From: Lingula anatina
Taxonomy: Eukaryota > Animalia > Brachiopoda
Assembly: GCA_051362555.1 (NCBI GenBank)
Contig: CM120640.1
Span: forward strand, 33,189,967 to 33,253,966
Direction of reading: 5' to 3'
Length of the DNA stretch: 64,000 nucleotides
The first letter of the stretch is position 1. Each line of letters starts with the position of its first letter. The translations under genes were made by a program, and so were the position numbers. The notes under the pieces are model-generated. The model did no database searches, was not told where the DNA came from, and saw only the letters and a list, made by a program, of their open reading frames with translations. Positions 61,064-64,000 of the stretch are shown piece after piece.

Positions 61064-61319
61064 AACTGGGTTCCCATACCTAGATAGATCTAACAGGATC
61101 GATCTATCTCCAAGGGGTTTCTCGCTAAATTGCTTTCAGCTTAAGAGGCTTAGATGTCTGGCACACCTACTCAAGCTGCTAAACGATGATTAATTACCCC
61201 TAGCAGATTCAGTAGGCGTGAAAGACATCTTAGCCGCTTAAGTTGATTGCAGTTTAGCGAGAATCCCCTTGGAGATAGATCGATCCACGGTTAGTACGAC
61301 AGAGTCTGGGAATGGTCCC
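61064..61319. mobile_element. Harbinger-like MITE
   Basis: AACTGGGTTCCCA...GGATCGATCTATCTCCAAGGGG / CCCCTTGGAGATAGATCGATCC...TGGGAATGGTCCC; TAA on both flanks. Confidence 0.85.
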
Positions 61320-63098
61320 TAATAAGCCAATGTTCTTGCAATCAGTAACCAAACTGCGACCATTGAGTCACAATGATGTTTTCTCATAACAATTTTCATT
61401 ACGGTTTGGAATAACAAGCCTAATAAAGAAAAGAAACCATTTTAATGAGCTTAGCGTTTATATTACCCATACGTTTATGGTTATTTGAGAAGAAATATCA
61501 AGACCCTTCACGTCGTGTCATTTTGGTAAACCACACACATTTAATAACGGATTTATAACCTTTAGCGATCATGCATAGTAATTCTACCCCAGCAAGTGTT
61601 TAATCTTCGCACTGACACGCGAATATCCCCTTTTTGTTCATTATTTTCGGAGACCAGAGGTTGCATGACAATCAACACTTTCTTGAGAATCGTTCGCATT
61701 TTTCAATTTGATGTGCCAATAACGTAATATGATTGAGTAAATGGAGAAGTCAAGTGGTGTGGTGTTTGCATTTCGCTACTTTCATAAAAACCAGTATCAT
61801 CTTGTAAATATGCAATTTCACAAATGCTTTTTCTTTTCCCAGAACTTTTGCCACGTTAAGTGGAGCAGGCTGTGAGAGGTTACACTGCAATTACGAAATG
61901 TTATACGGTGTCAGTACTCAGATCGTTGTGAGAATATCGGATTGCAGTTTTAAGTGGGCTTAATGGCTGTTTATATTTCTTTAATCTCAAAAGTAAAACA
62001 TGACACTTTATTAATTAAAACATACATTACTAGAGATGTTATTGATCGTGCGGATATACGCTTTATTCAGTTTCAGGGGTGCTTTTCGATAAAATGGTTC
62101 TCTGACATATACCAGGTGACGTTATCTCACACGTAACTATTCGTTTTCTACAATAAAATCATATTTCATACGCTTTCATATTTCAATCAATTGTGTGAAG
62201 CAAACAGAAGAATATATTTTGATCTTGAAATAACCATTTTTTCCCTCAGAGCAATATCTTTATCACAAGTCTTCGATTCAATATATGGCACATCCCATTT
62301 CTATTACACCAATCAAAAAGCTGTGAAGATCTTGTTCATTGCGAAAGCAATGCATACTAAAACTCGCAAAATATTTCCAAGCATTGCACATTTTCCTTTA
62401 AGATAATGACAAAAGAATCAACAATCATTCGATTTTGAGGTTCGGTCGAAATGGATGCATTGTTTAAACTTCAGTATCTTGTATTCATCCCAAAGATTGC
62501 CCCATGTCACTGTACAGTTTGCGCAAAAACAATCAATAAGCTGAATGTTCAAAACGGCCACGATGGCTTTACCCATGGTGGCAATGAAAACAAAATGAAA
62601 AGAGCTGTCCAACTTGGACACTTTCATATTTTACTATAACAAAGACTTTAGTATAACAAAGATTTGGAATCATGGTTTGGAACATCTGTTTCTATGGTCT
62701 CGGTGGTAACAAAATGTATACTGATGCGACATCCATTGTTTCTAAAAATTAGGGGGAACTAATTAGTTTGCTGAATTTTTATATACATAAAACCTTTTAA
62801 GCACCTTTTTAAAAACACATTGTTGTATCTATTAGTATAATTCGATTTCGAAAAATAAAAAGAAAGGCATTTTGCCATTCCATCCGCTCTTAGCGAGTGC
62901 AGTATCTTTGGCAGACTAGTTTGTAAAATGGTCTTACGGAATTTCACTTTGGTCAATTTAAACAGCCCATTGATGAAGACAAAGTGCAAGTAAGATATTA
63001 CTTCACAGAAAATGGTGCAAAGCCAAAAAGAAAAAAAAGAGAGAGGGAGACTAAGAAAACGTTGTTAAATTGAAACTTGACAGTACAACAAGTCCTAC

Positions 63099-63324
63099 CT
63101 TGTATATATTTCCCACTCCTATTGTATTTTCCTAATTGACAACTCCAGGCAACTTTGAAGCATGCAAGCCGAACGCTGTAATAATATATAAAGAAATAGT
63201 TCCTATGGAAACGGGATTCACTTTCCAGTCGCAAAGTGGGTAGGCCCAAGAAGGCGGAGAGATGCAAACAGGCGACAACTGATTGACGTAAACTATTCAC
63301 ACAGACCACGCATTGCTGGCCAAT
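63099..63324 (-). promoter_or_regulatory. Candidate promoter and non-coding first exon of the peptide precursor gene
   Basis: In minus-strand order: CCAAT box (63320-63324), CRE-like TTACGTCA (63291-63284), TATA-like TATATAT (~63190-63184), donor AAG|GTAGGA at 63099/63098. The link to the 60415 acceptor is inferred. Confidence 0.35.
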
Positions 63325-63873
63325 CAGCCCGGATATTTGCAGAAGGCATTGGCTTTGTATACAATTCCTCAGAGACTCAAGACGGAAATGACATAGTGTA
63401 GGACATATTGGATGTTGAAAACCCAGAGAGATTTCTAACTGTTAGAAGGTTGAAAGTACAGCATTAACGTGGGAAACTCGTATCATTTTTTCACTTGAAG
63501 GAACTGCATCGGGCTAATATATAATTAGTGCAATGTGTAATTACAACAATTTAAAAGATAAACAGCAGGTCAAGTCATGTGTTTAGATAAACGCGTGGCA
63601 CTCCCTACAGTCTATTAATAATCCATAGGTCGTCATACAGTTCCGGGTATCAGTTAGTAAACCCGGGGTGTGGCTTTCTTACACACTGGGATTTACGTTT
63701 CATATTGAAAATCCATAATGAAATAATAATGAAAACGACAACACCAACCTGGGCTTTATAATTAGTAGGTGCTTAATTGATGCAGCTATGAAATTACGCT
63801 TCATTATATATTTATCATTGCCCGTCAATATCATTTTAGTGCGTGATAAGGGAAACCCTAAAGGCTTCTGCTA

Positions 63874-63950
63874 GAGGACTCTGGAAACTCAACTCGCGGC
63901 TAATATCATGTTTTATTGATAGTTGAGAGGTGAGTTTCCAGTGTCCTCTC
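63874..63950. repeat. Inverted repeat, probably a MITE remnant
   Basis: AGAGGACTCTGGAAACTCA pairs with TGAGTTTCCAGTGTCCTCT. Confidence 0.6.
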
Positions 63951-64000
63951 ATACTTGGGTGACCTCTGACGAACATTTTTAACAGGAGATATGTGACAAT

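Noticed and set aside
60499-63309. Short ORFs upstream of the precursor
   Set aside because: They overlap the microsatellite, MITEs or AT-rich intron and lack coding features.

Overview
AT-rich, intron-dense animal genomic DNA. Gene and transposon style suggests a lophotrochozoan (mollusc-like) genome, but the species cannot be determined from sequence. Most short ORFs in the track are exon fragments or noise. Reconstructed by hand from GT-AG boundaries and exon phase: (1) ATR on the minus strand (about 52 coding exons, start codon at 24086, running into the FAT domain at 5149; kinase/FATC exons lie beyond the left edge or are lost); (2) TPGS2 head-to-head with ATR; (3) two tandem alpha-arrestin (ARRDC-like) genes with identical exon structure; (4) a complete SNX1/SNX2-type sorting nexin; (5) a secreted prohormone-like precursor (59856-60395, minus) encoding three four-cysteine peptides between dibasic sites. 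The first 5.1 kb is an unusually large ATR intron holding a composite insertion: a Helentron-like terminus, a deleted Tc1/mariner element, MITEs and a decayed multi-exon gene on the opposite strand with a 108-bp coding repeat. Many non-autonomous DNA transposons sit in introns. The strongest novelty candidates are the Cys-rich precursor and the nested antisense gene.
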